From NCBI RefSeq assembly GCF_004010195.1, contig NW_025215377.1, positions 52,026-115,958 of the forward strand: a DNA stretch of 63,933 nt, read 5' to 3'. How positions within the stretch are numbered: the stretch's first letter is position 1; each line of letters begins with the position of its first letter. The translations under genes were made by a program, and so were the position numbers. The notes beneath the pieces were generated by a model. It saw nothing but the letters and a program-made list of their open reading frames with translations, was not told where the DNA came from and did no database searches. Shown piece by piece: positions 39,653-52,252 of this stretch. The DNA comes from Chiloscyllium plagiosum. Taxonomy: Eukaryota.

Positions 39653-40663
39653 ACATAATTAGATGGCCAGTGTAGGCCTGAAGGGTCAAGTGGTCTTGTT
39701 TTGTGCTGATTCATTCTACAATCCAAGTGTATTCCAATTTAATGCCACGGGATCCTTTATATTTACCTGGAGGCATCCAGTCCCTGAGTGAATGGTTCAT
39801 CCAAAACTCCGTACTTCAGACAGTACAGTGCTTACCCATCCAGGATTATCAAATCCATTCTCTGCATAGTAAGTATCTAGTGGCCTACTAAAAGCTAAGC
39901 GACTTCTTCCACTGCTCTTTGTTAATGACCAAAAAAATGGCTACTGACCTTATTGATAATTGTGGGTCCTGCTGTAACCAAATGTGAACATTGCTGCCCT
40001 CCAAGTAGGTTTACTTGCACAGCTGTCCTCACAACAATCGTGTGTGTGCGTGCGTGCGCGCGCGCGCGCATGTGTTATGCTCAGCAGCATCTAGAAGAAG
40101 TGATAAGATTAGGCACATACACAAAGCTCTCTCCACTCTGAATTGAGTGTGTGCCAGGGCCATTTAAAATGTTTACAAAATAGAACATCAGCTGTTAGAG
40201 CTGGGGTTGGGAGAAGATAACACTCTGACCTGAGTAAATGTACAAGATTACAGGATGTGAAATGGACTCCATTTCTGCTAATAGGACCTAACAAAGGTGG
40301 AGATCACAATCAGTTGACAAGGCCGAGTTTCACATTCTCCAGACTGCTCATCTGCCCAGAACCCAGCTCAATACACTTACTGACCTGCTATGGCGAAAAG
40401 AAACAGGACTATGCAACACTGAGGGAGACCATCCTATGGGGAGCATTTTACAGTCAGTGTGGAGGCACACGTAAGAGCAGTTTCCGCTCAGGGGCAGGTT
40501 GGGTTTTCCCCACGCGATGAGCTATGTTTGCACAGGTAAAGTGCTGAATTTTACAGGCAAGAATTTCTGAGACAAACACCTGGAGTCTCCGGGTTACTTT
40601 CAAGAGCATCATACTCATGCGCAATCAATACCTGCCACTTCATCACAGCTTCTGGATTAGTGG

Positions 40664-41243
40664 TGGATGATGCCAGCAAACCTGACTGGTACAGGCAAAC
40701 GGGGCTGAACTGTCAAAGGCACAATGATGAGCTGATGGCACGTGAGTTGCTAAGGATGTTTCTTTTATATTTTAATTGTGAACCCTGTTGTGAGACAGGC
40801 AGTACCACTGCACTGCACGTTACAACCACGTTGACAGCTGCAATGAAGTAGGTAAAAACAATGACTGCAGATGCTGGAAACCAGATTCTGGATTAGTGGT
40901 GCTGGAAGAGCACAGCAGTTCAGGCAGCATTCGAGGAGCAGTAAAATCAACGTTTCGGGCAAAAGCCCTTCATCAGGAAAACTGCTGAACTGCTGTGCTC
41001 TTCCAGCACTACTAATCCAGAATCTGGTTTCCAGCATCTGCAGTCATTGTTTTTACCTACTTCATCACGGCTGTCAACGTGGTACAACGTGCAGTGCAGT
41101 GGTACTGCCTGTCTCACAACAGGGTTCACGATTAAAATATAAAAGAAACATCCTAAGCAACTCGGGTGCCATCAGCTCATCATTCTGCCTTTGACAGTTC
41201 AGCCCCATTTGCCTGTACCAGTCAGGTTTGCTGGCATCATCCA
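40664..41243. repeat. Long inverted repeat (arms about 40664-40925 and 40985-41243) centred on a family A PLE fold-back element
   Basis: The arms are reverse complements. The outer ~185 bp is non-element sequence with about a dozen differences by manual alignment; the inner ~75 bp is element sequence. Confidence 0.95.
40949..40976 (-). ncRNA. Minimal hammerhead ribozyme-like core, sense to CLPB pre-mRNA
   Basis: Minus strand reads CUGAUGA-A-GGGC-UUUU-GCCC-GAAAC-GUU. Confidence 0.7.
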
Positions 41244-41346
41244 GTGCAGCTGCCTCAGGTGAGCACATCCGTTTACCTGGGCACGCTTCTCCCCTAACAC
41301 TCAGGGTTTAACAACAGTAAGCCAGATTGCAGATAACTGAGACTTC

Positions 41347-41620
41347 GAGTCAGAGAGATGTACAGCATGGAAACACATCCTTCAGACCAACTCATCCATG
41401 CCAACCAGATATCCAAACTAATCTAGTCCCATTTCCAGCATTTGGCCCATATCCCTCCAAACCCTTCCTATTCATATACCCATCCAAATGCCTTTTAAAT
41501 GTTGCAATTGTACCAGCCTCCGCCACTTCCTCTGGCAGCTCAATCCATACACACACCACCCCCTGCGTGAAAAAGTTGCCCCTGAGGTCCCTTTTAAAAC
41601 TATCTCCTCTAACCTTAACT
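41347..41620 (-). mobile_element. CR1 (HER1-like) 3' end
   Basis: RDLRGNFFTQGVVCVWIELPEEVAEAG and matching 3' UTR. Confidence 0.85.
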
Positions 41621-42600
41621 TCTCGTGAGCTGATCAATGTGGGGAGGCTTCACCTCTAACACCAAGTATTTGCACAAAAAACAGCTTTGTTATGAAGGAG
41701 CCAGTTCACGAAGAGGTTTGTACCCTCGTGATCTTGGAAGATGAACTCTAACCCACCACAAAAATGCCTCAAAAATATAATTAGTTGTGTGAACCAATAG
41801 GTGTCCTGTTTTTAAAGAAGATTGCCATTCCAGCAGGCTGGGGTGTTGATGAATATTCATAGCACACTAATGAATGCAATCAAGTTCCCAAACAGGAAAC
41901 TCACCCTCCTGAAAGATTCGGAAAACCTGACAGCAAAACCTTTAGCCACTGTCAAAAAGATGAGATTTTCCTCCTGCCCAATTGAGTTCCCCTGCCTAGT
42001 CTTCTAAAGGTTCTGTGTATTTCAGCTCATTATGCATTGGAAGAGGTTTTGAGTTTGTAACCCCATTTTCCAAAGTCCTGCAAGTTTTATCTTTTCCAAA
42101 ACCGATCCAAATCTTTTGAAACTTATTAGTGGGTCTGCCCTTTCAGGTAGTACACTGCAGAATATAACAACCCATGTGTAAAAAAAATCATTCGTGAGTG
42201 AGATGTGGGCATTATGGTTGAGCCAGCATTTCTTGTCCATCCCTAGTTGTCCTTGACAAGTTGATGGTAAGCTGCCTTCTTGAACCGCTGTAGCACGTGC
42301 AGTGAAGGAACACCCACTTTTAAATTTGTGCCATCTGGTTAACCAATCAACTGTCAGTGTGAAGAATTTCTACATGTCTTTTACAAACAAAGTAAATAAA
42401 GCTGATATTCAAAGGCAAGTCGTTATTAAGAAGGAGGTGTTGAGAGCCTTGAAAAATATTACGGTGGATCAGTCCCCAGGGCCTGATGGGATCTATCCCA
42501 GGATACCGAGGGAGGTAAGGGAGGAGATTGCTGGGGACTTGACAGAGATTTCTGCATCCTCTTTAGCCACAGAGGTCCCAGGAGGCTGGAGAATAATCAA

Positions 42601-42793
42601 CAGGCAGAAGTGCGTAATGCAGATCCTGGAGATTAGACTCAAGATTAGTGGTGCTGGAAAAGCACAGCAGGTCAGACAGCATCCAAGGGCTGATGAAGCC
42701 ATTCCTAATGAAGGGCTTTTGCTCAAAACGTCAATTTCCCTGCTCCTCGGATGCTGCCTGACCTGCTGTGCTTTTCCAGCACCACTCTAATCT
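42601..42793. mobile_element. Fold-back PLE family A element
   Basis: Inverted arms; TSD tggagaata(at/gc)caa at 42587-42600 / 42794-42807; degenerate hammerhead core ctaatgaagggcttttgctcaaaacgtc. Confidence 0.8.
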
Positions 42794-43142
42794 TGGAGAA
42801 TAGCCAATGTTGTTCCCTTATTTAAGAAGAGCAGCAAAGATAAACAGGAAATTATGAGCCTTAGATTGGTAGGGAAATTATAGGAGAAGATTCTTAGGGA
42901 TAGGATTTACTCACATTTGGAAACAAATGGCTTATTAGGGATAGCCAGCATGGCTTTGTGCAGGGAGACCTGAGTTCACAAACGTGATTGAGTTTTCTGA
43001 GGAAGTCATGAAGGTGATTGATGAGTGGATGTTGTCTACATGGACTTTACTAAAACATTTAGCAAGATCCCTCATGGTAAGCTGGTCTAGAAATCACAGA
43101 GGATTCACAGGGAGTTGGTAGGTTGGATACAAAATTGTTTTG

Positions 43143-43306
43143 CTGAAAATGTGTTGCTGGAAAAGCACAGCAGGTCAGGCAGCATCCAGGGAACAGGAGA
43201 ATCGACGTTTCGGGCATAAGCCCTGGATGCTGCCTGACCTGCTGCGCTTTTCCAGCAACACATTTTCAGCTCTGATCTCCAGCATCTGCAGACCTCACTT
43301 TCTCCC
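43143..43306. mobile_element. Fold-back PLE family A element
   Basis: Inverted arms; perfect 15-bp TSD tacaaaattgttttg at 43128-43142 / 43307-43321. Confidence 0.87.
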
Positions 43307-44532
43307 TACAAAATTGTTTTGGTCATAGGAAACAGAGCAAACAGTTGTGGAGGGGTGTTTTTCTGACTGGAAATCTGTGACCAGTGATGCTCCACAAGAG
43401 CCAGAGTTGGGACCGGTGTTGTTTGTAATATATATAAATGATTTGAATGAAAATGTCAGTAGCCAGATTAGTAAATCTGTAGAAGGCTTATAAATTGGTG
43501 AAGTTATGGACAGTGAAACAGGCTGCCAAAAGATACACCGAGATGTAGATCAATCAGAAAGCAGGATGGAGAAATGGCAGATGGAGTTTAATCTGGATAA
43601 GTTTGAGGTGACACATTTTGGGAGGTCAAATGCAAGAGAAAAGTATACAGGAAATGGCAGGACCCTTAGGAGTACTGATAGACATAGGGATCCCGGAGTG
43701 CAAGTCCATAGCTCTCTGAAAGTGGAAACACAAGTCGAGAAGGTGGTAAAGAAGATGTGTGGCATGTGTGCTATCATCACTCAGGGCATCCAGTATAAAA
43801 TCTGGCAAGTTATGTTGCAGCTGCATAAACATTTAGTCAGGGTCACATTGGGAGCAGTGTGTGCAGTTCTGGTTGCCACACTATAGCAAACAGATAGAGA
43901 CTTTGGAGAAGATGCAAATCAAGTTTACCAGGATGTTGCCTGAATTGGAGTGTATTAGCTTTAAGGAGAGGCTGGACAAACTTGGATTGTTTTCGTGAGA
44001 GTGTCAAGGGCTGAGGGATGTTTATAAAATTAAGAGAATTAGGAATAGGACGGAAAATCGGAATTTTTTTCCCAGAATAGAATTTTTTTCCAGGGGGCAT
44101 AGGTTTAAGGTGAGAGAGGGAAAGTTTAAAGGAGATGTACAAGGCAAGGCTTTTATTTTACCCAGAGGGTGGCAGGTGCCTGGAACACGCTGCTAGGGGA
44201 GGTGGGAGAAGCAGATAAAAGAGCAACATTTAAAAGGCATTTAGACACACATGGACAGGAAAGGGAAGAGAGGGATATGGACCATGTTCAGGCAAATGGG
44301 AATAGTTTAGAACAGCATCATGGTTGGCACAGCCATGGTGGGCCGAAGGGCCTGTTCCTGTGCTGCACTGTTCCGTGTTCTGTGTAAAGAACGTAACATA
44401 GTGCACGAAGGTGAAATTAAGGTAAAAGATCAACCATGACCTAGTGAACAGTGGAGCAAACTCAAAAGGACTGAAAGGCCTACTCCTGCACTTCATTCCC
44501 ATCTCCTTACTCAAGTAAAATCCTTTTGTGAT

Positions 44533-45056
44533 TTTAAATATTCAAGTCTCAGAAAAAAGGGTCATCATTTAAGACAGAGATGAGGAGGAATTTCTTCTCT
44601 CAGCGGGTAGTGAATCTGTGGAATTCTTTAACACAGAGGATAACAATAGACATTTTTAATCAGTAAGGGAATTAAGGTCATGGGGAAAAGGCAGGAAAGT
44701 GGAATTGAGGATCATCAGATCAGCCAATGATCTTATTGAATGGCAGTACAGACTCGAGCTGAATGGCCTGCTTTTGTTCACATATCTTATGGGTCCCTCC
44801 TCAACTTTCTTTTCTCTGAGGAGAACATCCTCAGTTTCTCCAGTCTTCCCACTCTCTTACAACAATTTACATTGTAATGGCATCCATAACATCTCAATGG
44901 CCATTCCCCATGACCTTAATTCCCTTACTGATTAAAAATGTCTGTTGTTACCCTGTGATAAAGATCTCCACAGATTCACTACCCGCTGAGAGAAGAAATT
45001 CCTCCTCATCTCTGTCTTAAATGATGACCCTTTTTTCTGAGACTTGATTGTTTAAA
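44533..45056. repeat. Inverted duplication of a CR1 3' fragment (arms about 44533-44692 and 44900-45056)
   Basis: tcaagtctcagaaaaaagggtcatcatttaagacagagatgaggaggaatttcttctctcagcgggtagtgaatctgtgga has its reverse complement at about 44967-45047. Confidence 0.92.
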
Positions 45057-45084
45057 GTCTTAAAATCTTGAAGGATGTCACATT

Positions 45085-45400
45085 AGGGTAGACAATGGTA
45101 TTTTTACTTGACTAGCAATCCCAAGTCTGAGGCTAATACTCTGGAGCCATGACTCCATGGCTGGATAAATTTAACTTCAATTCATAAATCAAGGATTGAA
45201 AGCTGGTCTCAGTAGCTGTGACCACGACGATATCAATTGTTGCAAAAACTCAAGTGTTTCACTAATGCCCTTTCAAGAATGAAATCTGTCACCCTTGCCT
45301 GATCTGGCTTCCATGTGATTCCAGATCCATAGCAATGTGGTTGAATTACCCCTGAAATGGCTGAGCAAGCTACTCAGTTCAAGGGCAATTAAAGATGGAA
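45085..45400 (+). mobile_element. tRNA-derived SINE with L2-like tail, decayed
   Basis: catagcaatgtggttga...cctgaaatggctgagcaagctactcagttcaagggcaatt. Confidence 0.65.
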
Positions 45401-45503
45401 TGGATGAAAATTCTACCTAATTCTAAGAGTGGATAAATAAATACCAACTGAACAAACACAGCAGTTGGTGATTTTTTTTTCTGAGGGAGCACTCAAAGTC
45501 TCA

Positions 45504-45925
45504 GGGCAGCACGGTGGCTCAATGGTCAGCTTTGCTGCCTCACAGCGCCAGGGACGCGGGTTCAATTCCACCCTCGAATGACTGTCTGTGTGGCGTTTGC
45601 ACATTTTCTTGTGTGTGTGGGGGTTTCCTCCGGGTGCTGTATGGGAGGAGAAGTGTGGTGCAGGAAAAGCACAGCCGGTCAGGCAGCATTTGAGGAGCAG
45701 GAGAGACGACGTTTTGAGAGGTATGTAGGTTAGGATGGACTGACCATGCTAAATTGTGCATAGTGTCCAGGGATGTACAGGCTAGGTGGATTAGCCTTGG
45801 GAAATGCAGGGTTACAGGGATAGGGTGAGGAGGTCTGAGTCTGAGTGGGAAGCTCTTTGTAGTGTCAGTGTGGACTTGATGGGCTGAATGGCCTGCTTCT
45901 ACACTGTAGGGATTCTATTCTATTA
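45504..45925 (+). mobile_element. HE1-like V-SINE interrupted by a PLE family A fragment (about 45645-45718)
   Basis: gggcagcacggtggctcaatgg head, B box gggttcaattcc, insert ggaaaagcacagccggtcaggcagca. Confidence 0.8.
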
Positions 45926-48900
45926 TTCAACTCAGTGTCACATCTGAAATACAGCCCCTCTCACAACACTGTGCTCTTTAGCGCCACACTAGAATGCCAG
46001 CCTCGAGCTCGAGATCAATCTGTTGGAGGAGGACCTGAGCTGCGGATGCTGGAAATCAGAAACATAAACAGAAATTGCTGGAGAAATTCAGGTCTTGCAG
46101 CATCTGTGGAGAGAAGGCAGAGTTAATGTCCAGGGTCCAGTGACCCTTCTTCAGAAGTAGGTAATGGTGTTACCTACTCAGCACTAAGCTGATACCAAAT
46201 ATGAAGAACAGTTACTGAGGTAGGACTGGAGATAGTGACTGCCAGATACGGCTTTAGGATTTGGTAGGGAGCAATGCTTCGGGAGGTGAGGGAAGGACAA
46301 AGGGAAAAAGTTGCCTGGGAAAGGCGAAAAAGAAAACATTGACAGATTCTATTCCCTGTGCTACAACTGCTTTCTCCAAGCTGGAAACCTTGATCACTGA
46401 CACAAAACAGACTCGTCTCTGTGCACCTGTCCCCTAGCAGTATCCTGTTACCCCTACAACACATCACCACAAACTGTTGTATCCTCAGGGCACATCATTA
46501 AACAACGACTTCACCCCCACCCCACCCACATGGCCCCTTTCTAATTCCCTCCTCTCCCTTCCATTGCTAAAGCCTGTTGTTAAACAAGCGCAGAGTTAAT
46601 AAATGTTCTTCAGACGAGACATCCTGCTGCATTCTGCTCTCTGTCTCACTTGACCTGGTCAAGACCTCTTGTTTCTTCCACGTGCCCTAGGTTTTGGAGC
46701 CTCCTCATACCTCCAGGCAAGGGAAGCTGCCACATTTGTCTGCACTGCCGACTGGAAGCTAGCAGATGCTTTGTCTCTTTTTGCTGGGATCCCCTCTTTC
46801 TGTCCTTCCCTCCACTTGCAACCCCAGCCACTACCCCATTCCCATCTTCAAGATCCCTGTCCTCTTTCAGAACACTGAAGAGGAGCATGGAAAGTGTAAT
46901 TGCTTTAAAACATGAGGCCTGATCAATAAGGAAACAGAGTACTCTCTATCTTTGACCTGTCGCAGGAGAATGGAACAGAAACAGCTGGACATAACTCCAC
47001 AGGCGTATGTGCCGTGTTAGTGAGACTGTGTTTCTCGTGTGGCTCCATTTACCAGAGGTGAAAGGGCAACTTTCAAAAACTGTTTATAGTCTCTCAGACT
47101 GAATCACTGTTTACCAGACTGCAGTAACCAGCCTAATTTTGGAACTTAACCAGACAATGGTGCTGGGCAAACTGCTATTAGCCTGTCTTTTCCTGTCTCT
47201 CACTGTTCAGTGCATATGTCTTTAGCTGTGAGAGTCTGTGCATGCGTGTCTCTCTCTGTCACTCTCCATATCTCTGAACACAATAAAACTGCATTTTCAT
47301 GTGCAATAATCAGTATTTTAGCAAAATGTGTGGGTTCACTTGCATCCTTTCTTTAGAATGAACACTTTACTCAGTGTAGGCTTATTACTGAGGAAAATAC
47401 AGTTTTACACAGTTCCCTTAATGCAGGAAATGCCTTGGTACACTTCCAAAAAGATAAGTATGCATTTCTATAGCACCTTTTCTGAGTTCAGCATGTCTCC
47501 ACTCACTTCACAGCTAATGAAGTGTGGTCATTGTTGTAAAGTAGGAAGTGCAACAGCCAGTAGCCACTGCAAAATCCCACACACAGCAACAATGATAAAG
47601 ACTTATTTAATCTGCTTTTACTGAAGCTGTTGCAGGATAAATATTACACTGAAGTGTTGGCCGAAAGCATTATTGGACACAATCCAGCACAAAGCCAAAC
47701 GTGGAGTAATTACAACAGATAACCAAAAGCTGAGTCAAAGAGGCAGACTTTACAGGAGGATTTCAAAAGGAGAGGGGTTTCAGGAGGGAATTCCAGAGCT
47801 TAAGGCCCAGCTGAATGACACCTGCCAACAGTGGAGCAATTAGAATCAGGGATGCTCCACACGCCAGGACTGGAATGGCATAGAGTGCTTAGAGGGTGTG
47901 GGGCCATTGAGGATTACAGACGTGGGGAGGGTGGCAAGACCGTGGAGGGATTTGGGAACAAGGAGGAGAATCCCAAAACTGAGGGCTTGCCAGGACAGAG
48001 GTCAATGTCACAAAAGGGAAATGCTACAGGTGCCGAAAGTCTGAAATAAAAACAAAGGATAAAAGGCTGGGAAAACTCAGTAGGAAAGGCAGCATCTGTG
48101 AAGCACAGTTCTGTGTTATTTAACAAGCTCAGGGATTGATGGATGAATCACAGAACTCTAACAGTACAGATAAAGGCCATTCAGCTCATTGGCACTAGAT
48201 ACTTGAGTCAGTGTAGGTACAATCTGGTACTTGGTGTGAGGAAGAACACAGCAAACAATTTTCAGTGACACAAATAGTGTCATAGTTAAGATGCAGCATA
48301 ACAATGAGATGTTCAAGTGGTTTACGCACAGTAGTGGTTGCGTTTGGAAGGAGAGATGTGGAGATGCAAAGAGGTGTAGGGAGGGAATTGCAGAACTCAG
48401 GGCACAGGCAGCTGAAGGCATGGCCGTGAATGACCAAAACTAGGGATGCTTCAGAGGCCATAAGTGAAGGAGTGCAGAGACGAAGGAGGTCTGCAGCGAT
48501 GAAGGAGATCACAAGGATCAGGAGCAATGGTGGGATTTGAAAACAAGGGTGTCAACATTGAAACTGTGGAGCTACTGTACAATGTAATCAGCAGTAAGGT
48601 AGGTGAAAGGGAGTCACGGGGTCAGCCAGGAAAACATTGGATTAATCAAATCCAGAGGATTCCCAACATCCCATCAGCAACAGGTGAGTTGATTTAAATT
48701 TACAGGAGCAAGATCAATAAATGTTTTGTTCGAAATGGACAGGGAGCAAAGATGGGGAGGTAGATCGGAGGTCCAGTTCAGTCATGATCTAACTAGATGT
48801 TGGGATAGGGCTGAATGGCCTCCTCCCATTCCTATGGGCAGGGAGCAACTAAACTCAGGCTATCTGACTGAGCTGCAAGGGTTAAACAATTGGAAAAAAA

Positions 48901-50609
48901 TTCTGCGCCACTTATTGTGCTGTTCTTTTATTATGACACATATTGATTTTTGAATTACTCATTCTGCCCCTCCCCCATTGCCCAGTAAAGTTGCAATTCC
49001 AATAGAGCTGCTGAGAGAGAAAAAAAACCAGTCAAAGTCAGTGAACTCTGCACCTCAGAAAGTCAGGCCCATCATTTACTGGGCTTACTTCACACCAGTG
49101 ACGGATAGATTTCCCCACAGATGATCGGATCGATCCCAGTTTGGAGAATCTCTGTGTCCGGCTTGCACAGGAGCGAGAGGAGGAGAAAAGGACAGGCGTT
49201 GGGGTGGGCGAGCGTGGAGGTTATTAATCAAATATTATAAGCTGAGGCCTCTAAACGTGCTGCAGCCGCTCTGCGGTGTCACCCAGCTGTTGACCCGCAG
49301 ATAAAGACGGGCTGGTGGGTGGTGACTAATTGCTCAAAGGCTCTGGGGCCTAAAGGTTGTGGCCTTCACCAGGAGTCTGATGAGAGGGAATGCTGTGACA
49401 CTGCAGAAGGCAACAAGACATTACAAGGCCAGGGACAGCTGCCTGTCCTTTATAAAGAAGCGCTAGGCAGGGGGTTGGGGAGGGAAGAGGTTGGCCAGGC
49501 AGATCTTTATGAGCTACCCTGGTTCAAAGGCCAGAGATCCGTGGAAGTGAAAGGGGAAAAATGATGCTTTTCATTATTAAAGTGTAATATTTTATTGCTT
49601 GTTGGAATGGTCTGATCGATTGGGTTCTGAGTCAACAGGCCTATCAATTATTGAAGTACTTAGTCAAATAGTCAGGTACAAAAGGGTCAGGCGGAGGTGC
49701 ACAGAGTAATAATGGGCGAACGGCCGGTAAAATAGCCTTTTTCCCACTCATGAGGTCAGCTTGAAGGAATAAATAGCCTTTTTTTTAATATATATCTTTC
49801 CTTTTTCCCCTCTTCCTACAGGTCAGCGAACCAAACACAAAAAGTGCAAAACAGTGAGGTTCCTTTCTGCAGTAAGGGAGTTTCAAAGCAGGGATGTTAT
49901 GTTAAACTTGTACAGAACCCTGTGGCTAAACTACACTTGGAGTTCTGTGAACAGTTCAGGTCTGCACATTATTCAAATAAAAAGCCACTGAGGCACCATG
50001 TAAGATGTTAAAAAGATTTACAAGAATACCAGAACCAAGAAGTCAGGAATGCTCAAATAGTTTGGGACTGGGCTGGGATAGGGGTGGTGGGAGGTCAATT
50101 CTTGAGAAAAGGCAAGACTAAGTAGTGACTTTATAGAAGCCTTGAACACTGTGAAGGACACAAACTGAGTAGATGCAGAGAAAATGTTTTCATGGTAGAG
50201 GCCAGAACTAGGGGTCATCCACGTAACAAAACCAGTAACGAATCCAATTGAGAATTTAGGTGATACATTTTTAACTAGCAGACTGGGAAGCATGTGGAAC
50301 TTGCTATCACAGGAAATGTTTAAGCAGATTGATACAGAAGCGCTTAATCGGAAGCTTGATAAACTCACAAGGATCAATCACAAATCTGCACAGCAGACTT
50401 CAGGAAGAACATCAAGCCCCTGAAGAGTGTGCAGAGATTGTATAAAAAGGAAGCAAGGGTGGAAACTGCAGAAATTCTAGACTCAGGATATTGTCGTCAT
50501 TGGACTAGCAATATAGAAGCCGAGGCTAATGCTCTGTTTACACAGGTTCAAATCTCACTAAGAAAACCTGGAACTGAAAGCTCATCTCAGAGTTGGTGAC
50601 CATGTACTA

Positions 50610-51560
50610 GCGTTATTTTCATATTTCTTTCTGGGATGTGGGTGTTGCTAGCTTGACCAGCATTTACTGCTCATCTCTAGTTGCTCCTTGAAGCTGATGT
50701 TGAACTGCCTTCTTGAACCACTGCAGTTCATTTGGTGTAAAGACACTTACATTGAGGCAGTTCCAGGAATGTGACCCAGCAACATTGAAGCAATAGCAGT
50801 ATATTTCCAAGTCAGGATGATGAGTGGCTTAGAGGGGAACTTGCAGGTGTTATTCCCATGTATCTGTTGCCCTTGACCTCTTATATGGAAGTGGTCCTAG
50901 GTTTAGAGTGTGCTGCTGAAGGAGAATGGATGAATTTCTTTAGATAGTATCTTATAGATAGTACACACTGCTGCTACTGAGCACCGGTAGAGGAGGCAGT
51001 GGATGTTTGTGGATGTGGTGCCAATCAAGCAGTTGCTTTGTCCTGGATGGTGTCAAGCTTCTTGAGTGTTGTTGGAGCTGCACCCATCCAGGCAAGTGGG
51101 GAGTCAGGAAAGGAGTTATTTGCTATAGGATTCCCAGCTTTTGACATACTCTTGTAGCCACATTATATATCTATAATTTGTCAAATTCAGTTTCTGGTCA
51201 ATGTTAACCTTCAGGGTGTTCTGACAGGTATTCAGCAATGGTAACACTATTAAATGTCAAAAGCTACTTGTCAGATTGTCTCTTATTCAAGATGGTCATT
51301 GCCTGACAATTATGTGGCATGAATGTCACTTGCCACTTGACAGTTCGAATCAGGATATTGTCCATACCTTGTTGCTCTTGGGCCTGGATTGTTTCATTAT
51401 CTGAGGAGTTGGGATTAGTGCTGAACATTGCGCAACCATCAGCTAACATCCCCACTTCTGACGTTAGGATAGAGGGAAGTTCAATGACGAAGCAGCTGAA
51501 GATGGTTGAGCCAAGGACACTAGCCTGAGCAACTGCTGCAGAGATGTCTTGGAGCTGAGG
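50610..51560 (-). mobile_element. L2-like LINE 3' portion
   Basis: QASVLGSTIFSCFVIEL...MLADG RT remnant and a matching 3' UTR. Confidence 0.8.
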
Positions 51561-52252
51561 GACAGAAATAGGACAATAATGGTGACTGCGGCAGGGTTCT
51601 GCCGGAGTTAATACTGGGACCACCGCTCTGTTTTAAGTTAAAGCCTCCGTCCCTGGAACCCTTCTTGTCAATCTCCTGTGTACCCACTCAAGCACCCTCA
51701 CATCCTTCCTAAAGTGTGAGGAAAGGGACTGGTTGTAACACGATAACTGTGACTTATTCAGGGCTTTATTAGGTTGCAGGATGACTTCACTATTTTTGCA
51801 CTCAACACCTCTGTTTAACTCTACGTCTAATCCCAAGATCCCATATGCTATGCTGATTGCTCTCTTATTGGTCCCATCACCTTTGAAGATCGATGCTAGG
51901 AACAGGAGTAGGCCCTTCAGCCCTTTGAGTTTGTTCAACAAGACCACGGCTGATCTGACTGCAACTTCAAATCTGCAATTCCGCTCACACAACTGCTTAA
52001 CAAATATCTTAGGACTCTTGAATACAAGCAAACAAGAGACAGCACAGTAGCAAACCTCAGGAGAACTGTTACAATGGGACCCCACGAGAAATAGAAGACA
52101 GAGAAATGCGAGATGATTCATGATGGCAGCAAGAATGAGAAGATGCCAAAGAAGTGAAACAATGCCACTTTCTAACAGGTGTAGAACAGAGAGAACCAGG
52201 TACCAATATATATATGATAGCTGGCAGAACAGGTCAAGAAAATGGTTAAAAC

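Larger units (their letters stand above)
42400..44385 (+). mobile_element. CR1 LINE RT to 3' end, interrupted by two PLE fold-back insertions
   Basis: SPGPDGIYPR, VYMDF and KWQMEFNLDK motifs; tail gggccgaagggcctgttcctgtgctg. Confidence 0.88.

Noticed and set aside
46120..46156. Family C hammerhead-like motifs (also near 12405-12430 and 24900-24930)
   Set aside because: CUGANGA and/or stem II are partly visible but the GAAA box is mutated, so they are not called as ribozyme cores.
49674..49689. Nuclear-receptor direct repeat aggtac-aaaa-gggtca
   Set aside because: The first half-site is degenerate; too weak to call without conservation data.
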